The notes beneath the pieces were generated by a model. That model saw only the letters and a program-made list of their open reading frames with translations, did not search any database and had not been told where the DNA came from. A stretch of 64,000 nt of DNA. Source: Octopus sinensis (taxonomy: Eukaryota). This document shows positions 40,477 through 53,126 of this stretch, piece after piece. The stretch lies in the NCBI RefSeq assembly GCF_006345805.1, contig NC_043002.1:62868001-62932000 (forward strand), written 5' to 3'. The position numbers were made by a program, and so were the translations under genes. Within the stretch, counting starts at the first letter, position 1, and every line of letters begins with the position of its first letter.

Positions 40477-42115
40477 CTAACTTTTATTGCTATTTCTATT
40501 TCTAAATTTCTTATGGAACGTCGAGTGGATCCTATGCGTACACGCTGGTATAGCATCAGTGAACTTATTTAACACTGCGTTGTTGTAATTTTTCAATATA
40601 GTATATGCCTCCCTTATGCATAAACCGCATCTAGTGGACCCAATTCTATAAGAGGAGGCATGTTCAAGGATAGCCCATGGTATTTTAAATTCAACATTCC
40701 TTTCCTTAAGGTCATTAACATGTAATACCAAAGTTGTAGAGGTCCTATATTTAGGATTGTTGAAAGAGCTCAGGTGGGATCGGTACCTCTGCTTAAAGTC
40801 TACTGTGCTTCCAATATATATTTTTCTCTGGCCTCCTTGAGCCTCAACACTACATTTATAAACTACATTTTCCTGACGACAATTTCCACTAATCAGACAT
40901 ACTGATGGGTCCCTACAATTACATTTCTTCAACCTGCTACGGGGTCTCATATTACTGATCACTCCGAAACCATGTCCCCTCCCAGCACTACGATTCACCA
41001 TATCATTTACACCATCGTTCGTACTATTTTCCGGTATATTTATTCTATTTTTATACTTACTATTACTATCATTCTTATTTCTATTTTTATTTTTATTTTT
41101 ATTAATATTTTTATTACCATTATCACTACAATTAACACTATTATTACCAACCTGATAATCATTATAATCACTAATATCATCACCGACATCATTATTATGA
41201 TTATTTCTACTATTTGCATTATTTATCATTCCAAGACGCCCTTCTTAATCAATTTCAGAAGACGTACTATTAATATTACTACTATCTTCTATGTCGTCAA
41301 TGAATTTTCCATTAAAGCTTCTGTCATCATTTCTATCATTATAACGCCTTATTTTACTTCTGTTCAACGAAGCAATAATAGATCCGACATTGGGAGTGAC
41401 TGAGCAGGCAAACTTGATTGTTGACTTGTTACATATTGAATAGTATTTATGGTGTTTTGGGAAATTTTCCTTCAATAACTTAAAAAATAGCTTTGGTAAA
41501 CCTTTCACCCTTAATGAAAAGGGAGGGGCAAACCAGGTAACTTGACGAATCCTAGACTTAGTATTAATAATGGGATTACAATATGCTACTTGAGTTGATG
41601 TACTAAATGCAAGGCCATTCCTGTATCTATTAGTAATATGTATAATTTTTTATTTTTATTACTATCTTCACCTTCAAGATTAAGGTTATTAATGTTGAAT
41701 TTAAAATATCATGGGCTATCCTTAAACATGCCCCCTCTTATGGAATTGGGTCCACTAGATGCGGTTTATGCATAAGGGAGGCATATACTATATTGAAAAA
41801 TTACAAGATAAAGGTTATTAAGATTAATCTTATTACTATTTTCACCTTCATTAGACCTAAGCCCAACTTTAAACCTCAATTCACGTTTATGATTCCTATT
41901 ATTTGCAACCCCTTCTCGCCCGTTGTTGTTATCATCCATGGTATTTTCATCATTACAATTCTCATTATTAACCTTATTAACGTGGTTACCATTTACAAAA
42001 CAAACCACGTCATATTTATTTCTCTTATTTTCAAATCTCATTTTATCAGCATAAATATTGGTCATTATCAGCTTGTTGCGAGCTCCTTGGGGATCATGAA
42101 GGGGAGCCTCTGCTA
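40477..42115 (-). pseudogene. PLE Asn-rich linker and GIY-YIG endonuclease (disrupted)
   Basis: ORFs 41245-41508 and 40477-41229 share a frame separated by one TAA. Visible features are the VVY/YIG motifs, RxxxH, the CxCx5C and CxxCxxE Cys motifs, and a terminal CxH. Confidence 0.9.
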
Positions 42116-43256
42116 TCAGAAATCCTTTTTCATATCGTCGCTGACCATGCTGGCCAATTTAATTTTTAATTTTGTATTGTGTATGTATTCAATGTTATTT
42201 GTGAACCCACTCAATTTTAAGGCATTGTTGTATATTGGGGTATGTTGATTAAAGATGTTTTCATTCGCCGATAAATTTGAGATTCTGATAGAAATTGCAG
42301 TTACAATGCTATTGATGGTTGATTTGGGATGATTTGAGGAAACATTGATATATTGGAAAGTTTGGTTTGATTTTCGGAAAGGGTAGTGTAAGCTAGTATT
42401 CAGATCGAGAGTGACATCCAAGAAATTTGCCATTTTAGGATTATTCTCAAAACGATGCTCAAATTATAAAAGTCCTTGAGAAATTCTTTAAGGTCCTTCT
42501 TCATTCTTTCAATCTGTGGATTTGAATGAATGATTAGACACGATGAACAATGCCTCATCCCTATAAATCCCTCCGGATAGAGATGGGTAAAACCGCTTAA
42601 TCTTGTCTAACAGAAATAGACCAACAATATCCGTTACTTGAACCGAGTCCGAAGATCCCATAGTGATGTCGAATAAATTAAAAGAATCCGATTTAGACCA
42701 GTTGCGCTTTCCATAATTTATCAGAGTCATTCTTTCAGCTTGAATAATATCAATATCTAGATTCGATATTTCAACCGAGGAGTAGTAATTCGAAATATCA
42801 AGTTGTACAAGTGAAGATGAGTCATCACATTTAATTGTGTGAAACCAATATAAAACATCATTGGTAGATTCCCATAAGGGCAACATCGTCCTTTCTCTTA
42901 TCACCGGAATGATTCTATCCAATATGGATTTGCTGATTTTACCCAAGTCAGATTTAGTTGGGCAAATTAGTGGTACTGATGGTTTGGCAAGAAAATCTTT
43001 TTTATGGTCCTTTAGGGTGCAGTGCGAGGTTTTAGGATCATAAGGTTGCGTGCGGTCGAGGATTCCTAATTCAGAAATTAAGTCGTAGTGTCTATTATTA
43101 ATGTCGGTAAGAGCCGATTTCTTGGCGATTTTGTATTTAGCGTGCAACTCTTTGGATATCAATTTATCATAAGTTTCATAAGGCACTGAATTCCCTGTTT
43201 TATCAGAAAGAATGTGTCGATTGGGATCTTCCTTCAGTTTAGCTCTTGTATGTTGT
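42116..43256 (-). pseudogene. PLE reverse transcriptase and thumb (frameshifted)
   Basis: ORF-track pieces 42509-43186 and 42116-42433 are joined by two frameshifts (QIERMKKDLKEFLKDF segment). The catalytic motif reads YRDE instead of YRDD. Confidence 0.9.
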
Positions 43257-43460
43257 ACGTGCGCGCGCGCGTGTGTGAGTGCGTGTATGTGTGAGTGTGT
43301 CTGTGTGCGTATGTGTGTGTGTGTTTTCTGTTACATAGGGCGCTACACAGAAGTCACTCAGATGATATCTACGAGTATGTCCGAATGAGAGCAAAAACGG
43401 AAGTACATATATGCGTAAATGTATATATGATAGACAGATAGAGATAGATAGGTAGATATG

Positions 43461-43545
<85 letters not shown>

Positions 43546-43669
43546 TGAAATCTTGCTATATGTCTGTGTGTATATAAACACACGTAACTATACGATTTTT
43601 TTGTGTATTATTGGTATTATTAAAACTACAAGGATTGTGAAATGCAGCTAAATTCATGTTGATACGCTG

Positions 43670-44175
43670 TGCCCTTGAGCAAGACACTTTATTTCACGTT
43701 GTTCCAGTCCACTCAGCAGGCAAAAATGAGTAGTACCTGCATTTCAAAGGGACAGCCTTGCTACATTCTCCGTCAAGCTGAAGCTCCATGAGAACTACGT
43801 TAAGGGTATACATGTCTGTGCAGTACTCAGGCACGTCCACGTTAATTTCACGACCAGGATATTTCGCTGTTCATCGAAGATGCATGGCTAAGTGGTTAAG
43901 GTGTTGCACTGAAGGTTGGGAGATCATTGGTTCGATTTTCAGACAACGCGTTGCCTAGTGTTCTTGAGCAAAGTACATCATTTCACGTTGCTCAGTAATC
44001 ATTTCGACATCAGACATGTGGCACTCCGTTGCACCTGTACAGGTAATGTCGATGTGATGGAGGGAGTGCGCTTATGTGTACACAAACATTTAATCACTAT
44101 AAACGAATCATCTGTGTGGTTGTTCAGTAAGAATTTGTCGAACCATCATACGTCGTCAAACCAGGGTGATTCCGT
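43670..44175 (+). mobile_element. Two adjacent S3-like SINEs with different tails
   Basis: cccttgagcaagacactttatttcacgttg occurs at about 43672, and a second head starts at about 43878. Confidence 0.7.
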
Positions 44176-44190
44176 CATTTTTTTTAATAT

Positions 44191-44265
<75 letters not shown>

Positions 44266-44347
44266 TGTGTGTGTGTTGTGCGTGTGCGTGTGTGTATGCA
44301 TGTATATATACATCCAGATATACAAATACATATATATATATATATAT

Positions 44348-44379
<32 letters not shown>

Positions 44380-44431
44380 TATATATATATTATATTTATA
44401 TATATATATATTTATATCTATATATATATAT

Positions 44432-44464
<33 letters not shown>

Positions 44465-44467
44465 ATT

Positions 44468-44500
<33 letters not shown>

Positions 44501-44569
44501 ATATATATATTTAATATATATATATATTTATATATATATATATATTTTATATATATATATATATATATT

Positions 44570-44615
<46 letters not shown>

Positions 44616-44838
44616 TTGTATATCTGGATGTATATATACATGCATACACACATACGCACACGCACAACACACGTGCGCGAAGACTCACATACAGACATAC
44701 ATAGATACAAACACTCACAAATATATACATATCTGTATATATCTCTCTCTATATATATATCCCTATATATGTGTTTATGTGTGTGTTCATACACACACAC
44801 ACACATATATATATATGCGTGCACACACATACACACAC

Positions 44839-44873
<35 letters not shown>

Positions 44874-44948
44874 TGTATGTATGTGAGCCTCTGAGCGTGC
44901 GCGTGCTTGTATCTCAGATATCGTACACCAAACCCTTGAAAACTGTAA

Positions 44949-45028
44949 ATAATAATGATGATGATGATGATAATAATAATAATAATAATAATAATGATAA
45001 TAATGATAATAATAATAATAATATAATG

Positions 45029-45065
<37 letters not shown>

Positions 45066-45316
45066 TATTATTATTATCATTATTATTATTATTATCATTA
45101 TATTATTATATCATTCTTATTTATATTATTATTATCATTATTATTTATTATTATTATTATCATTATTATTATTATTATCATTATTATTATTATTATTCAT
45201 TATTATATTATTATTATATTATTATTATTATTATCATTATTATTATATTATCATTATTATTATTATTATCATTATTATTATTATTATCATTATTATTATT
45301 ATTATCATTATTATTA

Positions 45317-45347
<31 letters not shown>

Positions 45348-45349
45348 TA

Positions 45350-45385
<36 letters not shown>

Positions 45386-45416
45386 TTATATTATTATTAT
45401 CATTATATTATTATTA

Positions 45417-45453
<37 letters not shown>

Positions 45454-45932
45454 CATTATATTATTATTATCATTATTATTATTATTATCATTATTATTAT
45501 TATATTATTATTATTATTTATTATTATTTTCATTATTTTATTATTATATCATTATTATTATATCATCATTATTATTATTATTATCATTATTATTATATTA
45601 TCATTATTATTATTATTATCATTATTATTATTATTATTATCATATTATTATTATTATCATTATTATTATTATTATCATTATTATTATTAATCATTATTAT
45701 TATTATTATCATTATTATTATTATTATCATTATTATTATTATTATCATATTATTATATATATTATTATTATTATTCATTATTATTATTATTATCATTATT
45801 ATTATTATTATTATTAGTATATTATCATTATTATTATTATTATCATTATTATTATTATTATTATTATTATCATTATTATTATTATTATCATTATTATTAT
45901 TATTATTATTATTAATATTATTATTATTATTT
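44949..45932. repeat. About 1-kb (ATT)n/(ATC) trinucleotide array
   Basis: Seen directly. Confidence 0.95.
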
Positions 45933-46161
45933 CATTGTGTTTTACTTTCACGGTTTAGGATGTAAAATACAAATCAGAAATTAAAAGCGCCCCATGCTTT
46001 TCCACACGAACATACACAGAAGCACGTATGCATAATCCACCCCACACTCACACACACATTCATATAATCGTGCTCATCTATTTACCTATACACACATTTA
46101 TCATAACTAAAACAATGCCTTTACAGACACACACAAAATTTTTTTAAAAAACACACACACA

Positions 46162-46325
46162 GAGGCGCAATGGCCTAGTGGTTAGGGCAGCGGACTCGCG
46201 GTCGCAGGATCGCGGTTTCGATTCTCAGACTGGGCGTTGTGTGTGTTTATTGAGCGAAAACACCTAAAAGCTCTACGAGGCTCCGGCAGGGGGTGGTGAT
46301 CCCTGCTGTACTCTTTCACCACAAT
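46162..46325 (+). mobile_element. SINE family S4
   Basis: Intact head gaggcgcaatggcctagtggttagggcagcggactcgcggtcgcaggatcgcggtttcgattc. Confidence 0.8.
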
Positions 46326-47469
46326 GGCGGTGCCCCAGCATGGCCACAGCTCAAGAGCTGAAACTGGAAAAAACAAAAACAAACAAACACACCACAAGAC
46401 CTTAGATGCGCTACTAATTCCCAAATCATTAATCTAAAACTCACCGCATCTCGTACCTATTTCCTCCTTTTCAATTCTATTATACTGACTGTAACTAACT
46501 CCCTCTGTCTATGAATATATGTGTCTCGCAATCACAAACAGGCTCTCTCTCTCTCACTCTCTCTCTCTCACTTACTCTCTGTTTCTCTCTCTGTCTTTCT
46601 CTCACTTTTTCTCTTTCTATCTGTCTTTCTCTAAATCAATAATCGTTAGCTGTCCTCCTCTGCATTTGTCTCTCTTATGGTGCCTCTCCATTCCAGTTGT
46701 CACTCCAACATATCTTTCGTCTTACTCTCCTGCTTCGCGTGAGCCCAGTATCATCTATACATGTACACAGGCGCGCACACATGCACACACACACTCACAA
46801 ATACTCACACGCACACGAAAATATACACGCCGTTGTTCAATACACACAAATACACGCGCACACAGACATAGGCTCCTATATATATATATATATATATATA
46901 TATACTCATATGTATATACATTTATGTGTGTGTATATATATACATATATATATACATACAGAGAGATAGAGAATGTATATATGTATTTATATATGAATAT
47001 ATATGTGTGTGTGTATCAAGGATAACTAATCGGATATGTGTGTGAGTGTCGGTATATCTGTGCACACACGATCACACACACGCACACACCCACATACATA
47101 CATATATATATATAAATAGATATAGATAGACGCGTGTACATGTGTTTGTGCGTGTGTGTGTATGTACAGATGTAATAGTTTCATATTTCTCTCACACGCC
47201 CATACAGAGACCAAAAAGCACGCACACACACATACTATGTTCACTTATATATTTATTTGTATGTCTCTAATTCCCACTTTGTCTAACTTTGTGCATATAT
47301 ATATATATAATATAAATATATATATATATATTTATATTATAAATATATATATATATATTATATATATATATTCATATATATATATATATAATATATATAT
47401 ATATATATTCATATTATATATATATATATATATGTATATTATTTATAATATATATATATATTTATATAT

Positions 47470-47520
<51 letters not shown>

Positions 47521-47525
<5 letters not shown>

Positions 47526-47844
47526 GTATGTATATATATATGTATATGTATGTATATATTCACACACACGCATTATGAGCTAGTGCCGTTCTGTTTATCC
47601 TTCTCTTGATTTTCTTGTAGCTTGCGGCTTCTCTTGCAGAATTTTCATGTTTCTCAGTCACGAAGGTGGTGATTTTAGTTACATCTGTTCAAATGATCGT
47701 TTTTTTTTCTACTACCAGCTATGACACACGCATACAGACGCACGCACATGCGCAAGACATACACTTATACACGCATAAATACAAGTACATACATGCATAC
47801 ACAGGTATGTATATATGTGCATTCATATAATATATATATATATA

Positions 47845-47875
<31 letters not shown>

Positions 47876-48340
47876 TATAACATATATATATATACATATA
47901 ATACATATATATAAACATATATATATATACATATAATACATATATATAAACATATAATATTCATATATGATATATATGTATGTACGTGTATGTGGGTATG
48001 TTGTATAGTTTGACGTTGATTGTGTACAGATTAGTCATGCTCTTTCCGTTATTCTTTCCTTCCGTCTTTCATTTCCTATGTTTTTATATTTCTTTCAATC
48101 TTAAATGTCCTTTCAAACTCTCCTCTCTCCTTCATTCTATAGTTCATGTATGGAATATATATATATACATACATGCATCGATACATACGTAAATACTGTA
48201 CATGTATACCTAGATATATATATGCCAAAAATTGTATAAATTTGTATGTATGTAGATATATATATATATAAATATACATATATTGGTGCAGATATATTAC
48301 AAACGTGTAGACACATAAGTACGTGTAATATACTTATATT

Positions 48341-48400
<60 letters not shown>

Positions 48401-48697
48401 CGTATGTATATATATATGTATATGTATGTAATATTCACACACACGCATTATGAGCTAGTGCCGTTCTGTTTATCCTTCTCTTGAATTTTCTTGTAGCTTG
48501 CGGCTTCTCTTGCAGAATTTTCATGTTTCTCAGTCACGAAGGTGGTGATTTTAGTTACATCTGTTCAAATGATCGTTTTTTTTTCTACCTACCAGCTATG
48601 ACACACGCATACAGACGCACGCACATGCGCAGACATACACTTATACACGCATAAATACAAGTACATACATGCATACACAGGTATGTATATATGTGCA

Positions 48698-48759
<62 letters not shown>

Positions 48760-49199
48760 ACATATATATATACATATAATACATATATATAAACATATAA
48801 TATTCATATATGATATATATGTATGTACGTGTATGTGGGTATGTTGTATAGTTTGACGTTGATTGGTGTACAGATTTAGTCATGCTCTTTCCTTTATTCT
48901 TTCCTTCCGTCTTTCATTTCCTATGTTTTTATATTTCTTTCAATCTTAAATGTCCTTTCAAACTCTCCTTCTCTCCTTCATTCTATAGTTCATGTATGGA
49001 ATATATATATATACATACATGCATCGATACATACGTAAATACTGTACATGTATACCTAGATATATATATGCCAAAAATTGTATAAATTTGTATGTATGTA
49101 GATATATATATATATAAATATACATATATTGGTGCAGATATATTTACAAACGTGTAGACACATAAGTACGTGTAATATACTTATATTTATATATAATAT
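47521..49199 (+). repeat. About 0.85-kb tandem duplication (47521-48345 vs 48400-49199)
   Basis: Both copies carry the unique core gcattatgagctagtgccgttctg.., with microsatellite and indel differences. Confidence 0.85.
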
Positions 49200-49569
49200 A
49201 CTGGTTTGAACTGCAGTTGACCATGTGATGTTGAGACAGTCTTTCTGAAGCGGCTCGCAGTAGCGTCTCCTTGAGCAGGTAGGTGTAATTTAAAAGAGAA
49301 TTCCAAGGAAAACCGTTTGGCAAAACTTGAGAAGACATTTAATTTAGATACATAATTTTAAATAATAAATACGTGAAATATGCATTTATTTTTTAATATT
49401 CTAATGACTTTTACATTCTTTGCAGATTTCTTTGTACCGTAGTTGTTAAATTTGTATCGATGTTAACCTTAATAAACGAGTTTAAATCAGACTCACATCA
49501 GATATTGCATATTTTATGATTTCAAAAAGAGCTTTTCTGCAATGGAAGTGGTATAAAAATTTTACTCTT

Positions 49570-49757
49570 TTACTATCTCCTTTACTTGTTTCAGTCATTT
49601 GAATACGGCCATGCTGGAGCACCGCCTTTAGTCGAGCAAATCGAACCTTTGTAAGCCTAGTACTTATTCTATCGGTCTCTTTTGCCGAACCGCTAAGGTA
49701 CGGGGATGTAAACACACCAGCATCGGTTATCAAGCGATGTTGCGAGTTCAAACACAG

Positions 49758-49790
<33 letters not shown>

Positions 49791-49918
49791 CTTATATACG
49801 ACGGGCTTTTTTCAGTTTCCGTCTACCAAATCCACTCACAAGTCTTTGGTCGGCCTGAGGCTATAGTAGAAGACACTTACCCAAAGTGCCATGCATTGGG
49901 AATGAACCCGGAACCATT
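49570..49918 (-). mobile_element. SINE family S2
   Basis: The tail, an internal (CA)/(TA)n tract and a truncated head are present. Confidence 0.8.
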
Positions 49919-50231
49919 AATATAAAGTTTTAAGTGTCTAGGCATATCAGCGATTGTTTGACTAATTTCGTTCCGGAAATTCTTCTCTCACAGACACCCT
50001 TACATCTGAATTACCAAGTTTATGACAATTTTGAACCTCTGAAAACTGTAGTCAAAGAAAATACAAACTAAACTGTATAAGTAGTAAAAGAATTAATTTG
50101 AAATTACACTTACCTCGCAAAACATCATCAATAAGTAGGAAAAGTGTCTAAACTTTGTCAGTATGTCCCTCATGTTCTGGGTGCCTCTTAGCTTCATCAG
50201 ATAGTTCTCTTCTGTTTCTTATTGAATAAAG

Positions 50232-50548
50232 TGAAGGCGCGTGGCTCAGTTGTTAGGGCATTCGGCTCACGATTGTAAGGTCGTGAGTTCAATTCCCGGT
50301 GACGCGTTGTGTCCTTGAGCAAGACACTTTATTTCACGTTACTCCAGTGCACTCAGCTGGCAAAAATGTAGATGGATTTCAAAGGGCCGGCCTTGTCACA
50401 CTCGGTGTCACGCTGAATCTCCCTGAGAACTACGTGAGGGGTACACGTGTCTATGGATCGCTCAGTCACTTGCAAGTTAATTTCACGAGCAAGATGTTCC
50501 GTTGATCGTATCAGCTGGGACCCTCGTCATCGTAACCGACGGAGTGCT
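50232..50548 (+). mobile_element. tRNA-derived SINE family S3
   Basis: Reads gaaggcgcgtggctcagttgttagg..gagttcaattccc..gtccttgagcaagacac..gaccctcgtcatcgtaaccgacggagtgc. Confidence 0.85.
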
Positions 50549-50794
50549 CTTATTGAAGACAAGTCTCGCTACCGAACTTTTCCATGGGAAAATCATTACA
50601 AGGGAGGAAAAGTGTATTCTCTATAACTGGAAACAACGAAAATGATAATAACCAGCGCTCAACAAGAAAAGCAGGATCTACCGCAAAAACAAGATTAAAC
50701 CTGAAAAATATTTTGCTCTATATTTGGTGTTTATATATATGTGTGTTTGTTTGTGTATGTGTGTGTGTGTAAATAAATAAATATTCACAAATTT

Positions 50795-51360
50795 GCAGAA
50801 AGTAAATAGACACCTTTAATTTTCAAAATTTCTGATCTAAGCGTCTTAATATGTTTTCAGCGGTGTATAATTTACAATGTAATTATTCTTTTTCATTCCA
50901 GGTGACAGTATATTAAACATATGCGAAGAGTAACCATGCCATGCACAAAAAATTCAGCAGAACTGTCAGATTTTCAAAGAGATCGTATTGTTGGGCAATC
51001 TCAGGCTGGTCTTAGCTAGCAAAATTTTACCGAAAATCTTCAAATTCCTCTTGCTACTGTTAATAAAATTATAGTGCAATTCAAAAGCCAATGAAAAGAA
51101 TCAACAGATTCCCGTCCCGGCCGACCTGGGCCCTCGGAAAGGAAGCTTCGCTATTTGAAGAGAATTGTGGAAAACGAACCCCATTTGAAGGCTTCTGACA
51201 TTGCAAGACATCTAGAAGATAGTCCAAGAACGTGTGTTACATATCTGCATAAGCTTTGGTATTATGGACGAGGAGCTAGAAGAAAACCCCTCATTCAACC
51301 ACTTAATATCAAATAAATGATTTCGAAAATTAAAATTCAAAGTGTCTATTTACTTCCTGC
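50795..51360 (+). mobile_element. Internally deleted Tc1-like transposon
   Basis: TIRs read gcagaaagtaaatagacac / gtgtctatttacttcctgc. From 50936: MPCTKNSAELSDFQRDRIVG..RPGRP..YYGRGARRKPLI, with stops. Confidence 0.85.
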
Positions 51361-51367
51361 GTGTCTG

Positions 51368-51400
<33 letters not shown>

Positions 51401-51402
51401 TA

Positions 51403-51590
51403 CTTTATTTAAAAGCAGCAGAAATTCAACAAAAGCTGTTACTCGGAGTTTCACGATCCCGTTCGTCAGACAGTTTTTAACAAAACTGTTGTTGAATTTC
51501 TGCTGCTTTTAAATAAAGCATATTACTCTACCTCTGGTATTTGAGTACTCTTTTATCCACCTTGTTTCACATTTATGTGTTTACTCCGGT
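51403..51590 (+). mobile_element. Fold-back PLE pseudo-LTR derivative, family A
   Basis: A perfect 30-bp inverted repeat (51403-51432 / 51489-51518) encloses the HHR. It is followed by the family tail aataaagcatattactctacc..tgtttcacatttatgtg..actccgg and then (TA)n. Confidence 0.7.
51431..51478 (-). ncRNA. Minimal type I hammerhead ribozyme (family A)
   Basis: Minus strand reads aaaaacugu-CUGACGA-acg(ggau)cgu-GAAA-cuccgag-UA^acagcuuuu. The core is intact and all three stems are supported. Confidence 0.8.
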
Positions 51591-52394
51591 ATATATATAT
51601 ATATATCCTTCCTGGTCTCTGTCTCTCTGGCTGTCTCTCTCTACATAAATATATGTGTGTGTGTGTTTGTGCTCGTGTACGTATCCGTGTGCCATGCCAT
51701 TTTACTTTCGACACTAGTGGTTCACCAAATCGAGATCGATATAGCAAGTACGAGATTGAAGGAATTACTACAGACATATTAAAGGCTGAAAGTGCTCCAT
51801 AAGAAATTGATAAATAAGTGCTCCATAAAATTGTATCTGATATAAAAGAACAATAACTATGGCAAGAAAATATGTTGCAGCACATTCTTTGAAGAACTGC
51901 CTGAAAGGAATGTACAGAAAAATTGAAGGAAGAAAAGTTGAAAGCAAAGTGTTCCGATGAAAGATTTTTAAGCTGGTCGATAATCTTCACTTAGATATAT
52001 AAGCGTCCTGTGCATTGCATCACGTGTCTTCGTTCATGGAAGAGACAGAAATATTATTATTCGTTAGCATCAGAACCAGGTACCGAACAGCAGACTCAAT
52101 CAAAATATTTAGTTGAAAGATAGTTAGACAGATTAAGTGGCGCTTAATGCATGGGCCATAAAAGATAGAACGTAGAATCCAGTATGCACTGTTACAAAAA
52201 TATTTGTCGATGTGAAGTATTAGTTGTTCGACAGGTAAATTTGTTCGTCTCTTTGCAATGCTATATATTTTTATCGTTGTTTTACAAGTTTTTTTTGGGG
52301 GGGATAACTTTATAATTTGTATTCAAATTTTGTTTATCGTTTTTGAACTTGAATAAATTGTATCGCTTTTCAAACATATGACGATAGTGTTTCA

Positions 52395-52670
52395 AGCAGA
52401 AAATAATGAGCGTTTTCAACACTTGTTACTCTTCGCTTTCAATGAAGCCTGTAACGTTGTGAATCCTGCTCAGGACATTTGTGCTGTGTACAACGAAAAC
52501 CCTCTTCCTAAATGAACTGTATATAAATGGATTTCCCGCTTGAAGGAGGGTAAACTCAGCCTCACAGACCCTCTGCGTTGCAATCTTGTTCAGGTCAATG
52601 AGTGTCGATTGATAATTCTCATTCATGAGGATCTGCGTTAATCCACCAATGAATTGGTCCAACTGAACAG
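52395..52670 (+). mobile_element. Mariner transposase N-terminal fragment, decayed
   Basis: The + frame reads ENNERFQHLLLFAF..AQDICAVY..TVYKWISRLKEG..LIHEDLR*STNELV, a mariner HTH with stops. Confidence 0.75.
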
Positions 52671-53069
52671 ATCCCTATTTTACCGGCGAGTATGGAAGAC
52701 GACAATGGAGTATATTTTCCTTTTTATTCGAGTGCATTGTCAGAAGAATAGTTTAGTTGAATTATGAAGATAAGACTTCATAGCAAATAGATGAAAACAA
52801 TTGTCATGGCAGACACTGCGTGGGTGCTCTGGTGGATATTTGTTAACTTACGTCTATATACTTATATATATATACGTATATAAATTAGCAACCTGTCGTC
52901 ACTGATGGATTGCAAAAGAGAGATAAAGAATTGAAAGAAAAGACAGCCTAACATGGCAATCACTTTAAAGCGATTTTGACATTAGAGTGTATATACTACG
53001 CTTTCGGTAATTTGCTGTATATAATTCGTGAACATATACTCACGAACACTCACTATAATCTGTCTCTCA

Positions 53070-53126
<57 letters not shown>

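Larger units (their letters stand above)
39536..43256 (-). mobile_element. Penelope-like retroelement (RT + C-terminal GIY-YIG, Naiad-like), 5'-truncated and decayed
   Basis: Minus-strand fragments give PLE motifs in order: SDKTGN, LDISNYYSSV, ITMGSSDS, GIYRDE (YxDD-like), NFLDVTLDL, SSNHP, VTWFAPPFS, FPKHHKY..CNKSTIKFACSVTPNVGSII, CNCRDPSVC..GNC..VVY..IYIGST..FKQR..SH, CGLCIRE..LNK..CTH. The 3' end abuts (TA)n at about 39.53 kb and the 3' region holds a hammerhead fold. Confidence 0.93.

Noticed and set aside
40080-41229. Selenoprotein-type Naiad (UGA at conserved Cys plus SECIS)
   Set aside because: All conserved Cys codons in the endonuclease are sense codons, and I saw no SECIS-like AUGA/AA/GA hairpin in the 3' region. 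The TGA stops present are explained by frameshift or the inverted insert.
49200-49430. Possible exon-intron-exon (CAG|gtaggt .. tttgcag|)
   Set aside because: The splice signals are plausible, but there is no supportable reading frame and it sits next to a suspect assembly junction.
50170-50215. Minus-strand CTGATGA near 50.2 kb
   Set aside because: No GAAA at a stem II base and no stem I.
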